This document shows positions 54,524 through 63,433 of a stretch of DNA of 64,000 nucleotides, piece after piece. The DNA is from an uncultured Eubacteriales bacterium (GTDB lineage Bacteria; Bacillota_I; Bacilli_A; RF39; UBA660). Both the position numbers and the translations under genes were made by a program. Position 1 is the stretch's first letter, and every line of letters starts with the position of its first letter. The DNA is taken from positions 4,627 through 68,626 of the forward strand of contig CAUTAF010000008.1 in assembly GCA_963536495.1 (NCBI GenBank), given 5' to 3'. Below the pieces are notes generated by a model, which saw nothing but the letters and a program-made list of their open reading frames with translations, had not been told where the DNA came from and searched no databases.

Positions 54524-54532
54524 ATTATATCA
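54524..54532 (-). promoter_or_regulatory. extended -10 promoter candidate for the virB8 operon
   Basis: TGATATAAT on the minus strand. The -35 is weak. Confidence 0.35.
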
Positions 54533-54561
54533 CATTTTTTAGAAAAATAAATATCTTTTTT

Positions 54562-54628
54562 TGGTATAATATACTTTTTTAAAAATATTTTTTTAATAAA
54601 AAAACAAAGTCTAAAAAAAGACTTTTTT
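54562..54628 (+). promoter_or_regulatory. inverted copy of the cassette -10 plus terminator (about 50-nt transcription unit)
   Basis: Plus strand reads TGGTATAATATAC (54562-74), then AAAGTCT-aaaaaa-AGACTTT-TTT (54606-28). There is no ORF. Confidence 0.3.
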
Positions 54629-54832
54629 CTAATTGTACTATACACCATATATTTTATTCAAATACATCTATTTTTTCTGTAAATGCTTTCTATTCTTTTC
54701 ATTAAATTAAATTAAACTTAATTTACAAAAAAGTTTTTTAATAATTGAATAAAAACATTTTATATTTTTAATAAAATTTTAAAATGATTTTAAATAAAAC
54801 TTAAAATTATATTTTTTAAAAAAATAATAAAT

Positions 54833-54862
54833 AAAAAAGCAAGGATAATCTCTTACCCTTGC
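54833..54862 (-). terminator. intrinsic terminator after 55004..55477
   Basis: GCAAGG-N12-CCTTGC. The minus strand is followed by TTTTTT. Confidence 0.5.
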
Positions 54863-55003
54863 CTTTTACCACTAATTTATTTTAACTTGTAAAAAGAGAA
54901 ACATAAAGCAAAATTTAAAATTGCTTTTTTATGAAATATGTAGACTTTAATTATTTATAACATTTTTAAAATTAAAAGTCAACAAATAATTCTTTATAAT
55001 ATT

Positions 55004-55477
55004 TTACTCTATCACAAATATTCTATGAAAATGAGGCAACTCTTGATTTAAGTGTAAAACATAATATTCAAACTTTGACTTAGGTACTGTTGCTTTCTTC
55101 TCAAGTTCCCTTATAGCGTTTTTTAAAACTTCATAACATTCCATTAAGCTATCTATATCTTTCTTTTCAGTATTGAAATAAAATAGTTGCTGTTTACATT
55201 TCTTATAATTTTCCTTTGATAACATTTCACTCAATTTCTTATGTTCAACTGTTCTTTCATCAAAACCTCTTAAAGAAATTCCGTCAAAATATAAATTGAA
55301 TTTAGTATCTTCATTAAAATATTTATCACTTGTATTGAATAAATAATTTAAACTATTCTTTATATGCTGATTGTTATTATAGTCAACTTCAAAGCTATAA
55401 AGAATTATATTTCCATTCTCATTTAATATTTTCTCAAATTCTTCTTCATCTGATGTTATCATAAAATTTTTCTTCAT
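55004..55477 (-). CDS. hypothetical protein
   Basis: 157-aa ORF. Confidence 0.6.
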   Translation of the reverse strand: MKKNFMITSDEEEFEKILNENGNIILYSFEVDYNNNQHIKNSLNYLFNTSDKYFNEDTKFNLYFDGISLRGFDERTVEHKKLSEMLSKENYKKCKQQLFYFNTEKKDIDSLMECYEVLKNAIRELEKKATVPKSKFEYYVLHLNQELPHFHRIFVIE

Positions 55478-55480
55478 ACT

Positions 55481-55741
55481 TTACCCCTTTTTATTTTTTT
55501 GTTTTACATCATTTTCATTAACATTTTCATTAACATTTTCATTAACATTCACAATAACATTAACAATATATCTTTCTTTGTCTAACATTTCAAGCAGACA
55601 ATCTTCCAAATCTGTTTCACAATTCCATCTAGGATTAGTGTTATAAATATTTCCTTGTAAATCTATAACATATCTATTATCAACATCATCTTTTAAATAG
55701 CATTGATTTTCTTTATCCCAAATGCTTATTGCTTTTATCAT
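55481..55741 (-). CDS. small hypothetical protein with (VNEN)n repeat
   Basis: 86 aa. The C-terminal VNVNENVNENVNENVNEND is encoded by a 12-nt tandem repeat. Confidence 0.55.
   Translation of the reverse strand: MIKAISIWDKENQCYLKDDVDNRYVIDLQGNIYNTNPRWNCETDLEDCLLEMLDKERYIVNVIVNVNENVNENVNENDVKQKNKKG
55511..55558. repeat. 12-nt tandem repeat, 3 exact copies plus 1 degenerate copy, in-frame
   Basis: ATTTTCATTAAC x3, then ATTCACAATAAC. Confidence 0.85.
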
Positions 55742-55772
55742 ATAAATCTCACCCTTTCTTTTGTTTTAATTA

Positions 55773-56207
55773 CTACTTTTCTAAAAATTCTTTCATCATT
55801 TTTATATTTTTTAAATTTTCTTCTTCTTTATTTAATTTTAAGAGTTTACTCTTTTCATCTTTTTTTATTTTTTCTATTTTTTTTAAAACTTTTTTTGCTA
55901 GTCTAAATTTTTCATTTTTCTTTTCAAATCTTAATTCACAAAAATAAATAACTATATTTATAATGAAAAAACCTGAAATAGTTAATATAAAAATTTCACT
56001 TATTGTTTTGAAATTTAATTCAGTATATCCTTTTACATTTACATATATCAAACCTGTTATAAGTATTATTAATAATCCAGCATAAACAATTTTATCAGAG
56101 ATTTCTTCAGAAAATTCTCCCACAATTTTTTCAGCTATTTCTTTTACTTTAATCATTTCTCTGATTTCTTTCATTTCACTTTTTATTTCTTCATCAGTGT
56201 ATTCCAT
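55773..56207 (-). CDS. small 2-TM protein, family F
   Basis: 2 TM helices, KFRLAKKVLKKI, and the C-terminal tail NLKNIKMMKEFLEK. Confidence 0.7.
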   Translation of the reverse strand: MEYTDEEIKSEMKEIREMIKVKEIAEKIVGEFSEEISDKIVYAGLLIILITGLIYVNVKGYTELNFKTISEIFILTISGFFIINIVIYFCELRFEKKNEKFRLAKKVLKKIEKIKKDEKSKLLKLNKEEENLKNIKMMKEFLEK

Positions 56208-56245
56208 TTCTCTACCTCAATTCAACTTGACTTTTTTATTTCTAT

Positions 56246-56827
56246 TCATTTTTTTAAATATTCTTTCATCATCTTTACTTCTTGTGATTTTTCCTTATTT
56301 TCTTCTAATGTTTTTTTTATTTTTTCTTTATTTTTTTCTTCCATTTCTTTTGTTTTGATTTTTTCTTCTTTTTCTTTTTTGAAATTTTTATATTTTTCTA
56401 TTACTTCCTTAGCAAGTTTCATTCTTTCTCTTTCAGGAGAAAAATCTTTATTAAATTTCATATAATAAAAATTTGCGACAAAAAATATTCCAGTGGCTAC
56501 AAGTGTAAGTATTGACATTGTTTTTCCATCAAATTTTATATCTTTTTTAAAAAATGCAAGTAAAACAATTAAAATTATTATTGAAATAAATGTAATTATT
56601 GAAGTTTTAACCATAACTTTTTCATTATATTCCGAAATAATTTTTCTTGCTTTTTTAATTAAAAGTTTATCGTTATATTCTTCATATTCCGAAATAATTT
56701 TTCTTGTTCTTTTAATTAAAAGTTCATCATCATATTCTTCTTTATTGTCATTCTCTTCAAAATAGATTGTTATTTTAGTTTCTTTAGTTTCTTCCAAATT
56801 GAACACCCCATTTTTTTTATTACTCAA
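56246..56827 (-). CDS. small 2-TM protein, family F
   Basis: 2 TM helices, RMKLAKEVIEKYKNF, and the tail KEKSQEVKMMKEYLKK. It contains an internal 19-aa duplication. Confidence 0.7.
   Translation of the reverse strand: MSNKKNGVFNLEETKETKITIYFEENDNKEEYDDELLIKRTRKIISEYEEYNDKLLIKKARKIISEYNEKVMVKTSIITFISIIILIVLLAFFKKDIKFDGKTMSILTLVATGIFFVANFYYMKFNKDFSPERERMKLAKEVIEKYKNFKKEKEEKIKTKEMEEKNKEKIKKTLEENKEKSQEVKMMKEYLKK
56627..56740. repeat. 2 x 57-nt tandem duplication, in-frame
   Basis: Encodes LLIKRTRKIISEYEEYNDK / LLIKKARKIISEYNEKVMV. Confidence 0.8.
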
Positions 56828-57328
56828 TCATTTATTTAAAAATTCTTTCATCAACTTTATTTCTTGTGATTTTTCTTTGTTTTTTTTTAATGTTTCTTCT
56901 ATTTTTTCTTTATTTTTTTCTAGTTTTTCTTTCAATTCAGCTTTTATTTTTCTTCTTTTTTCTAAGTCTTTATATTTCTTTTCTATTTCTTTTGCAAGTT
57001 TTAAATCTTCATTTTCATTAATAAGTTTTTTTTCATATAGTATGTAAAATATAATTGATGTAAAAAATACCATAGCTATTAAGAATACAGCTAAGAGTAA
57101 TATTTTATATACTATTCCAATAACAAGTTTTTCTTCAAAAATAACAATCATAGTTACTGTTGATATAAAACTTAAACAAACAACAGATAGAATTTTCTCA
57201 AAAATTCTTTCATCATATTCATCTATAATTTTTTCAGAAACTTTTCTTAATTTTTCTTCTTCACTTTTTTCGTTCTCTTCAAAATAGATTGTCATTTTAG
57301 TTTCTTTAGTTTCTTCCATACCAAACAC
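56828..57328 (-). CDS. small 2-TM protein, family F
   Basis: NEDLKLAKEIEKKYKDLE and the tail KEKSQEIKLMKEFLNK. Its stop abuts the start of 56246..56827. Confidence 0.7.
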   Translation of the reverse strand: MFGMEETKETKMTIYFEENEKSEEEKLRKVSEKIIDEYDERIFEKILSVVCLSFISTVTMIVIFEEKLVIGIVYKILLLAVFLIAMVFFTSIIFYILYEKKLINENEDLKLAKEIEKKYKDLEKRRKIKAELKEKLEKNKEKIEETLKKNKEKSQEIKLMKEFLNK

Positions 57329-57351
57329 CTCATTTTTTTATCTCTTAATTA

Positions 57352-58284
57352 TTATTTATTCAAAAATTCTTTCATCATCTTTATATTTTTTGAATTTTCT
57401 TTATTTTTTTCTAATGTTTCTTTTATTTTTTCTTTATTTTTTTCTTCTTTTTCTAAATCTGTATATCTTTTTATTATTTCTCTAGCAAGTTTAAAATCTT
57501 CATTTTCTTTAACAAGTTTTTTTTCATATAATATATAAAATATAGCTGGTACAAAAATCATTATAATTATTAGAACTACAATTATCGACAATATGTTAGA
57601 TATTATTCCAATAAGAAATTTATTTTTTGAAATAAAAATTATAGATATTACTGTTATATAGATTAAAAAAGCTAAAACAACAGCAAAAAAACATTTTACA
57701 GAAATCTCTTTATCATATTCATATATAATTTCTTCAGAAACTTCTCTTAATTTTTCTTCTTCCATTTCTTCTACGCTTTCTTTATCATCTTCATCTTCAT
57801 TGTATTCAGAAATTAATTCTTCTTTTTCTTTTTCTAAATTCTCTATTTGCTCTTTCAAATTCTTTTTATTTTCTTCAGCATTTTCTTCAATATTTTCTTC
57901 AATATTTTCTGTATCTTTATTTTCTTCAATTTTTTCGATTTCATCTTCTAATTTTTTTATTGTTTTATCTAATTCATTTAATCTTTTAGCTTTTTCTAAT
58001 TCTTGTTCCTTTTCTTTTATTTCTCTTAACTTGTCGATTTCATCTTCTAAAATATCAACTTCATCTTCTAATTCTTCAATTTTATTTTCTAATTTTTCAA
58101 CTTTTCTTTCTAATCTTCTTTCTTTCCTTTCTTCATCAAAATCTAATTCAGAAATTTCTTCTTCTAGTTCTTCAACTTTTTCTTCTAAATTTGCTATTTC
58201 TTCTTCTAGTTCTTCAATTCTTTTTTCTTTTTCTTCTATCTTTTCATTTATTTTTTCCAATTCCATATTCATATCCATATTCAT
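57352..58284 (-). CDS. family F 2-TM protein with long acidic coiled-coil N-terminal extension
   Basis: About 180 aa of E/K heptad-like repeats (EELEEEIANLEEKVEELEEEISEL..), then the family F core with NEDFKLAREIIKRYTDLE and the tail KENSKNIKMMKEFLNK. Confidence 0.7.
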   Translation of the reverse strand: MNMDMNMELEKINEKIEEKEKRIEELEEEIANLEEKVEELEEEISELDFDEERKERRLERKVEKLENKIEELEDEVDILEDEIDKLREIKEKEQELEKAKRLNELDKTIKKLEDEIEKIEENKDTENIEENIEENAEENKKNLKEQIENLEKEKEELISEYNEDEDDKESVEEMEEEKLREVSEEIIYEYDKEISVKCFFAVVLAFLIYITVISIIFISKNKFLIGIISNILSIIVVLIIIMIFVPAIFYILYEKKLVKENEDFKLAREIIKRYTDLEKEEKNKEKIKETLEKNKENSKNIKMMKEFLNK

Positions 58285-58304
58285 ACCTCAATTCATTCAT
58301 TCAT

Positions 58305-58802
58305 TTATTTTTTTTCTAAATATTCATTTCTTTCTAAATATTCTTTCATAACTTTAACTTGTTGTGATTTTTCTTTACTTTCTTCTAATGTATTACTTAT
58401 TGAAATTCTTTTTTTTAAGTCTTTACTTCTTTCTTTAATTGTTTTTGAAAGAATTTTAAAAGTTTTCTTAGCAATTTTTAAATCTTCGTTTTTAAAATTA
58501 CAATAAAAACCATAAATTAAACCGAATAAGCAATAACTTAAAACAAATGCAATCCACCCTGTAATTATAGGAATAAAAACTTCGTTCATTATAATGGCTG
58601 TTGTTACTGCTGAAATAAGCATTATAAAAATCCCAAAACAAAAACTTTTAATTGTACTATCATTTAAGTTTTCATTTAAAACTTGAAAAACTACTTCTAA
58701 TGTTTTTCTTTCTTCATTTGTCCATAATTCATTCTCATAATCTGTAAAGCTGTTCCAATCATAAAACTTTATATCTATTAATTTTTCTTCATTTTTTTCC
58801 AT
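58305..58802 (-). CDS. small 2-TM protein, family F
   Basis: NEDLKIAKKTFKIL and the tail KEKSQQVKVMKEYLERNEYLEKK. Confidence 0.7.
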   Translation of the reverse strand: MEKNEEKLIDIKFYDWNSFTDYENELWTNEERKTLEVVFQVLNENLNDSTIKSFCFGIFIMLISAVTTAIIMNEVFIPIITGWIAFVLSYCLFGLIYGFYCNFKNEDLKIAKKTFKILSKTIKERSKDLKKRISISNTLEESKEKSQQVKVMKEYLERNEYLEKK

Positions 58803-58833
58803 ATTTTTCTCCTAATAACTAAAGTAATTTTTT

Positions 58834-59364
58834 TTATATTTTTTGAATAAAATATCTTATATCTTTATTTATACAAAACATTTTCTTAATAAAACTTTTG
58901 TACATAAATTCCTTTTCTATTACTTTATAGCCTTTTTCTTTGAAATATTTGAAGATTTCAACTTCTTCTTTTTTGTTAAAAATTAAAGCTACTGTATCAG
59001 GCTTATTTTTTGGAAATACTTTAAATCTTTCTATATCATCAGGATTAAATTTTTCTATAACTAATATCTTCCCATTTTTATATTCTTCATCTAAGGTATT
59101 ATCACTAATTTTCCTTATTTGATAGTCTATTTTATATAGTTCTTTATATTTTTTATATCTTAGTTTATATATTAAGAAATATATACCTAAATATAGAAAT
59201 GCTACAATAGGATATAATAAAATTGCTCCTATCCAAGACATACTTCCCATATAGTCATTCATCTTAAATATATATATAAGACAAGTATAAAATGATAACC
59301 TTGAGATTAAATCAAAGTGTTGCTTTGTTTTAAATTTAAAAATTTCTCTTTCTAAAAGTTCCAT
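58834..59364 (-). CDS. membrane protein (2 TM plus C-terminal soluble domain)
   Basis: 176 aa. It is not family F, since it has no LAKE motif or tail motif. Confidence 0.6.
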   Translation of the reverse strand: MELLEREIFKFKTKQHFDLISRLSFYTCLIYIFKMNDYMGSMSWIGAILLYPIVAFLYLGIYFLIYKLRYKKYKELYKIDYQIRKISDNTLDEEYKNGKILVIEKFNPDDIERFKVFPKNKPDTVALIFNKKEEVEIFKYFKEKGYKVIEKEFMYKSFIKKMFCINKDIRYFIQKI

Positions 59365-59416
59365 ATTTTTTTCTCCTCAATTCCCTTTTTTGTTATAAGT
59401 AAAATAATGTAAATAA

Positions 59417-59863
59417 TTAATGCAAATAATTTTCAAAATCTTTTATATTATTAGATTTTTCTTGTTCCTCTTCAAAAATCTCTTTTAATTTTCTTTCTTT
59501 TTCTTTTAGTTTTTTCTTTTCTTCATATTTTTTTATTATTTCTTTAGCTAAAATATATTCTTTGTCTTTTCTATATTTTAATAAATATATTATTTCACTA
59601 GCTATTTTTTTAGAAAATTTAACCCAGTAATAACCACAAATAAGAAATAAAGGTATTAATATAAATTGAATTATATAAGGGTTGACTATGTTTGCTAAAA
59701 TATAAGCAAACATAGATATATATAGAAAAAGTATTATCACCTGTATAAAATCATATAAAATTCCTTTTTCCTTTTCGTATACAACATTTTTTGCTCTTCT
59801 TTCTACACCATTCATATCCATTGACATTTTATCACTCCAATCTTTATATTTTTTCAAAAACAT
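59417..59863 (-). CDS. small 2-TM protein, family F
   Basis: DKEYILAKEIIKKYEEKK and the tail QEKSNNIKDFENYLH. Confidence 0.7.
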   Translation of the reverse strand: MFLKKYKDWSDKMSMDMNGVERRAKNVVYEKEKGILYDFIQVIILFLYISMFAYILANIVNPYIIQFILIPLFLICGYYWVKFSKKIASEIIYLLKYRKDKEYILAKEIIKKYEEKKKLKEKERKLKEIFEEEQEKSNNIKDFENYLH

Positions 59864-59920
59864 TCAACCAAATCCTATCTTATTCTAACTTTCTAACACT
59901 GTTAGAAAATGTTAAAACTT

Positions 59921-60109
59921 TTATATAGATTTTTTATCTAACATAAGATATTCAATTACAGTCAAATCTTTTTTTAATATCTTGCAAGTTCTTCCATAAT
60001 CATAACAACCTACAATTAGACAAACTATAACTGTTACAAAAAATATTTTATATTGATTTTTAACGAAAAAATCATATAAATCTTCTTCATCATTTCTCTT
60101 TTTTGACAT
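59921..60109 (-). CDS. 62-aa single-TM protein
   Basis: KIFFVTVIVCLIVGCYDY. RBS GTGAGGG. It is preceded by its own promoter and a leader hairpin. Confidence 0.5.
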   Translation of the reverse strand: MSKKRNDEEDLYDFFVKNQYKIFFVTVIVCLIVGCYDYGRTCKILKKDLTVIEYLMLDKKSI

Positions 60110-60139
60110 TTAACTACCCTCACTTCTAAATAAAATTCA

Positions 60140-60205
60140 ATAAAAACAGCACTATCCTGTTCCACTGTTGAATTTTTTCAACTCGTGAGATAGTGCCTTT
60201 ATTAC
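60140..60205 (-). ncRNA. candidate attenuator leader or about 65-nt sRNA
   Basis: Downstream of the promoter at 60212..60240. GCACTATC (60149-56) pairs with GATAGTGC (60189-96), enclosing GTTGAA-tttt-TTCAAC (60167-82). The minus strand is followed by UGUUUUUAUU. Confidence 0.35.
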
Positions 60206-60211
60206 ACTATC

Positions 60212-60240
60212 ATTATATCAAATTTTATATAAAATGTAAA
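60212..60240 (-). promoter_or_regulatory. sigma70 promoter with extended -10
   Basis: TTTACA-17-TATAAT with TGA (TTTACATTTTATATAAAATTTGATATAAT). Confidence 0.55.
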
Positions 60241-60261
60241 GGTTTTCTATGTAAAGGTTTT
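60234..60261. repeat. 2 x 13-nt direct repeat overlapping the -35
   Basis: ATGTAAAGGTTTT-ct-ATGTAAAGGTTTT. Confidence 0.8.
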
Positions 60262-60274
60262 GCAAGTTTCCCTT

Positions 60275-60730
60275 TTATTTTTCAATCATTCCAAAATATT
60301 CTCTTGTTTCTTTAATATGTTGTGAATGTTCAATCATTTCTTTTAAAAAAATTTTTCTTTCCATTTTTTCTGTTAAAAATTTTTCTCTATTTTTATATAT
60401 ATTAACCATTTTTTTTGCAAATTTATATTCTTCATCTGCTAATTCTAAACAAATATCTGAAACAATGGTACTTAAAATTAAAAATATAAATGGAACAATG
60501 CAATTAATAGAAATTATTGTGAATAGTATTTCTGAAGTGAAATAATTGCTTTTTTCACCATAATAAACAATACTTGAAATTATAGATAAAAACCATAAAC
60601 ACATAGAGATATATAAAGATAACTCCCCTTTCTTTTTATCTATTATTTTTAAAAATTTTTCCTTACCTAATTTACTTTGTTTTAGTAAAAGTTCTTCTTT
60701 TTCTATTTCTAAATCATCAATACTTTCCAT
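60275..60730 (-). CDS. small 2-TM protein, family F (divergent)
   Basis: DEEYKFAKKMVNIYKNRE and the tail IEHSQHIKETREYFGMIEK. Confidence 0.65.
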   Translation of the reverse strand: MESIDDLEIEKEELLLKQSKLGKEKFLKIIDKKKGELSLYISMCLWFLSIISSIVYYGEKSNYFTSEILFTIISINCIVPFIFLILSTIVSDICLELADEEYKFAKKMVNIYKNREKFLTEKMERKIFLKEMIEHSQHIKETREYFGMIEK

Positions 60731-60781
60731 TTTTAATTCAACTCCAATTTAATTTTCCAATTTAATTTTCCAATTTAGTTT

Positions 60782-61435
60782 TTATATTATTCTTCCAAAT
60801 CCAGCAAAAGTCTTTTTATAAAAACCTTTTAATTTTGTTATCACAACTTTTCCATATCCACTTGAGGCGTGTATAAATAAATTATCTCCTAAATATATCC
60901 CAATATGAGTTATTTCATCTACATCTGTTGTTTTAAAGAAAATTAAATCTCCTATCATAGCCTCATTATTTCTGATAAATTTACTATCTTTAGCCTGTAA
61001 TCTTGACACTCTTCTAGTATTTATATTACATTTAGATAAAGAATTATGTACAAGTCCACTACAATCTACACCTTGTCTTTTAGTATTTCCACCCCAAGTA
61101 TATTTCACTCCTAAATAACCATAAGCCTCTCTAACAGTCTTTAGAATTTTTTCTCTTCTAGTTTTGTCAAGTATAGTAGTGTTTATTTTCTTTTCTAAAT
61201 CTTCTAACTTTAAACTTACATTATATTCATTTAAAATCTTACCAGCTAATTTATATCTAACATTAGGAACTTCAGCAACCTTTACTTTACCCTGTTCGTC
61301 TATTTCTAAATCTAAATCTCCTACCTCATAATTTCCTAAAAAATTAATATTAGACTTTCTATCAAGTGCATTTAAACCACTTCCTAAAGATAGACTACTT
61401 ATTATCACTAACATCAATATTATTATTCTTTTCAT
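60782..61435 (-). CDS. NlpC/P60 family cell-wall hydrolase (secreted)
   Basis: Signal peptide, YLGVKYTWGGNTKRQGVDCSGLVHNSL (catalytic Cys) and GDLIFFKT...ITHIGIYLGDNLFIHAS (His). Confidence 0.85.
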   Translation of the reverse strand: MKRIIILMLVIISSLSLGSGLNALDRKSNINFLGNYEVGDLDLEIDEQGKVKVAEVPNVRYKLAGKILNEYNVSLKLEDLEKKINTTILDKTRREKILKTVREAYGYLGVKYTWGGNTKRQGVDCSGLVHNSLSKCNINTRRVSRLQAKDSKFIRNNEAMIGDLIFFKTTDVDEITHIGIYLGDNLFIHASSGYGKVVITKLKGFYKKTFAGFGRII

Positions 61436-61476
61436 CAGTAAAATCCTTTCTTTTTTTCATTTCTAAAGTTATTATT

Positions 61477-61995
61477 TTATATCTTTTCTAAAATTTTATT
61501 TTGTATATTTTCATCTTCAATTATTTTATAATATATATCTTCTAATCCAAGACTTTTATCTTCTAAATATGTCTTTAACTTTTCTTTTGAAAACTCATTT
61601 TCTATAACTTCTTTAAAAACTTTCTTATATTTCTTAGGATAAAAAAACAATTCAAGACTTGAAAGTAAATCTTCAACAGTAACTTCATTTTCTTTTTTGT
61701 AAAAATTGACAAGCAATCTTCTTTTGCTATAAAAGTAAAAATTATAAAAAATTATAAAACTTATTCCTAACAATGCTATCCAATTTAATTTTAAAAATTT
61801 TATTTTTTCTGATATAGTTGCACTTGAAAATAAATTCATAAGATTAATAACGATAGTAAAACCTATAACTGTTTTCATTTCAGTCAATATTTGATAGACA
61901 TTTCCATATATTTTATAAACTCTGTTTCCAAAAATCTTATCCCATATAGTTAATTTGTTGAAAATCTTATTTTTATTTATTTCTTTCCCTTTCAT
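61477..61995 (-). CDS. membrane protein, family E (divergent)
   Basis: 2 TM helices, then FFYPKKYKKVFKEVIENEFSKEKLKTYLEDKSLGLEDIYYKIIEDENIQNKILEKI. Confidence 0.6.
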   Translation of the reverse strand: MKGKEINKNKIFNKLTIWDKIFGNRVYKIYGNVYQILTEMKTVIGFTIVINLMNLFSSATISEKIKFLKLNWIALLGISFIIFYNFYFYSKRRLLVNFYKKENEVTVEDLLSSLELFFYPKKYKKVFKEVIENEFSKEKLKTYLEDKSLGLEDIYYKIIEDENIQNKILEKI

Positions 61996-62456
61996 TAGTT
62001 CCCCTTTTTTTCATTTTTTAAATATCTTTCTAGTTCACATATTCGTTCTTGTTTTTCTTTTTCTTTATAAATAATATTTAAACATTTGTTTCGTTTCATT
62101 TCTTCATCTTTTTTCTTTTCATAATTCAACATAACTTCTTTCGCTAATTGGTATTCTCTATCTTTAAATAAAATAAAAAAATTCAATATTTTTAGAAAAA
62201 CGAAAACTATAAAACAAGAAACAAATCCTAAAAGTATAGAAATCATCATTCCTAAAAGTATTGCTGGAAAAACAAATTCTAATTCAATATTTCTTAAAAA
62301 CATTCCAAAAATTATACTCAAAATCATAAAAAAACCAAAACTAATAATGTATGTTATTTCAAAATCTAATTTAACTTTCTTTTTCTCTTCTACAAGTTCA
62401 TAAGACATTTTCTCATATTTATTCATTTCTAGTTCTTTTTCATTATCTACTCTCAT
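61995..62456 (-). CDS. small 2-TM protein, family F
   Basis: DREYQLAKEVMLNYEKKK and the tail KEKQERICELERYLKNEKKGN. The N-terminus (MNKYEKMSYELVEEKKKVKLDF) is shared with 62508... Confidence 0.7.
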   Translation of the reverse strand: MRVDNEKELEMNKYEKMSYELVEEKKKVKLDFEITYIISFGFFMILSIIFGMFLRNIELEFVFPAILLGMMISILLGFVSCFIVFVFLKILNFFILFKDREYQLAKEVMLNYEKKKDEEMKRNKCLNIIYKEKEKQERICELERYLKNEKKGN

Positions 62457-62507
62457 AATTATTTCCTTTTTTAATTATCTTCTTTTAAATATTTTTCCTT
62501 TTATTCT

Positions 62508-62993
62508 TCATTTTTTTCTTACATTTCTTAAATAATTCTCTAATTTAAATATTCTTTTTGATTTCTCAACTTCTTTATCTAGGACTTCTTTACAATTCTT
62601 TCTTTTGTTTTCAAAAAATTTCTTTTTATTAAATTCAAAAACCTTTTTTTCGTAATTTCTTACAACTTCTTTTGCTAAATGATATTCTCTATCATTTTTT
62701 AAATTGATTTTTCTCTTTAATTTAAGTAAAAATTCAACAACAAAAGCGAATATCAAAGCTAAGGACAAAGAAAGGAAAACCCCAAAAATTGCAAATGCTA
62801 ATAAATGTTCAACCAATATTTTTTTAGCAATAAAAATAAAAATTATTAACCCAGTAAATAAAATTGTTATAACAAGAAAACTACTGAAAACCCAATTATC
62901 AAAATCAAATTTTACTTTCTCTTTTTCCTCTATAAGTTCATAAGACATTTTCTCATATTCATTCATTTCTAAACTTTCTTCCATAATTACCAC
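62508..62993 (-). CDS. small 2-TM protein, family F
   Basis: DREYHLAKEVVRNYEKKV and the tail VEKSKRIFKLENYLRNVRKK. Confidence 0.7.
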   Translation of the reverse strand: MVIMEESLEMNEYEKMSYELIEEKEKVKFDFDNWVFSSFLVITILFTGLIIFIFIAKKILVEHLLAFAIFGVFLSLSLALIFAFVVEFLLKLKRKINLKNDREYHLAKEVVRNYEKKVFEFNKKKFFENKRKNCKEVLDKEVEKSKRIFKLENYLRNVRKK

Positions 62994-63033
62994 CTTTTCT
63001 ATTTTCTTTTTCCTTAATATTTTTATTATTTAA

Positions 63034-63411
63034 TTAATTTTCTTTTTTACATTCTCTCCTGCTCTCCTGATAGATAATATCTATTAATTTTTTCTTCATA
63101 TAATATTTTTTTATAATTTTTTTAGCCAAACGATATTCTTTATTAAAATTCAATTTTATTTTTTTAAAAATTTTAGGAATATATGGTAAAATTATTGCTA
63201 AAATAATAACACATATAATTATGAAAAGTATATTTTTCTTAAAAAATGAAATAGATATTATAAAAATAAAAATCAATGATATTATTGATAATAGGCAATA
63301 AATTAAATATCTACCTAATTCTGTATCTAAATTGTTAAGAGTTTCTTTTTCCTCAATTAACTTAACAGCTTGTCTTTCTGTTTCATTCATTTTAAATTCA
63401 TTTCTTTCCAT
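63034..63411 (-). CDS. small 2-TM protein, family F (short tail)
   Basis: NKEYRLAKKIIKKYYMKKK. The C-terminal tail motif is truncated. Confidence 0.65.
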   Translation of the reverse strand: MERNEFKMNETERQAVKLIEEKETLNNLDTELGRYLIYCLLSIISLIFIFIISISFFKKNILFIIICVIILAIILPYIPKIFKKIKLNFNKEYRLAKKIIKKYYMKKKLIDIIYQESRRECKKEN

Positions 63412-63433
63412 TTTCTTTATCCTTTTTATATTT

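Noticed and set aside
55511-55558. Short tandem repeats as a possible CRISPR or minisatellite array.
   Set aside because: The 12-nt units have no spacers and lie in-frame inside a CDS. No CRISPR-like repeat-spacer structure is visible anywhere in the window.
57800-58351. 183-aa plus-strand ORF (S/F/I-rich), together with the many similar plus-strand ORFs in the track. Examples are 416..694, 1224..1499, 8592..8879, 24752..25072, 28307..28705, 33951..34298, 35939..36292, 44818..45123 and 56493..57047.
   Set aside because: They are antisense shadows of K/E/N-rich minus-strand genes. The low-complexity S/F/L composition comes from reading AAR/GAR codons backwards. They have no RBS and overlap better-supported genes.
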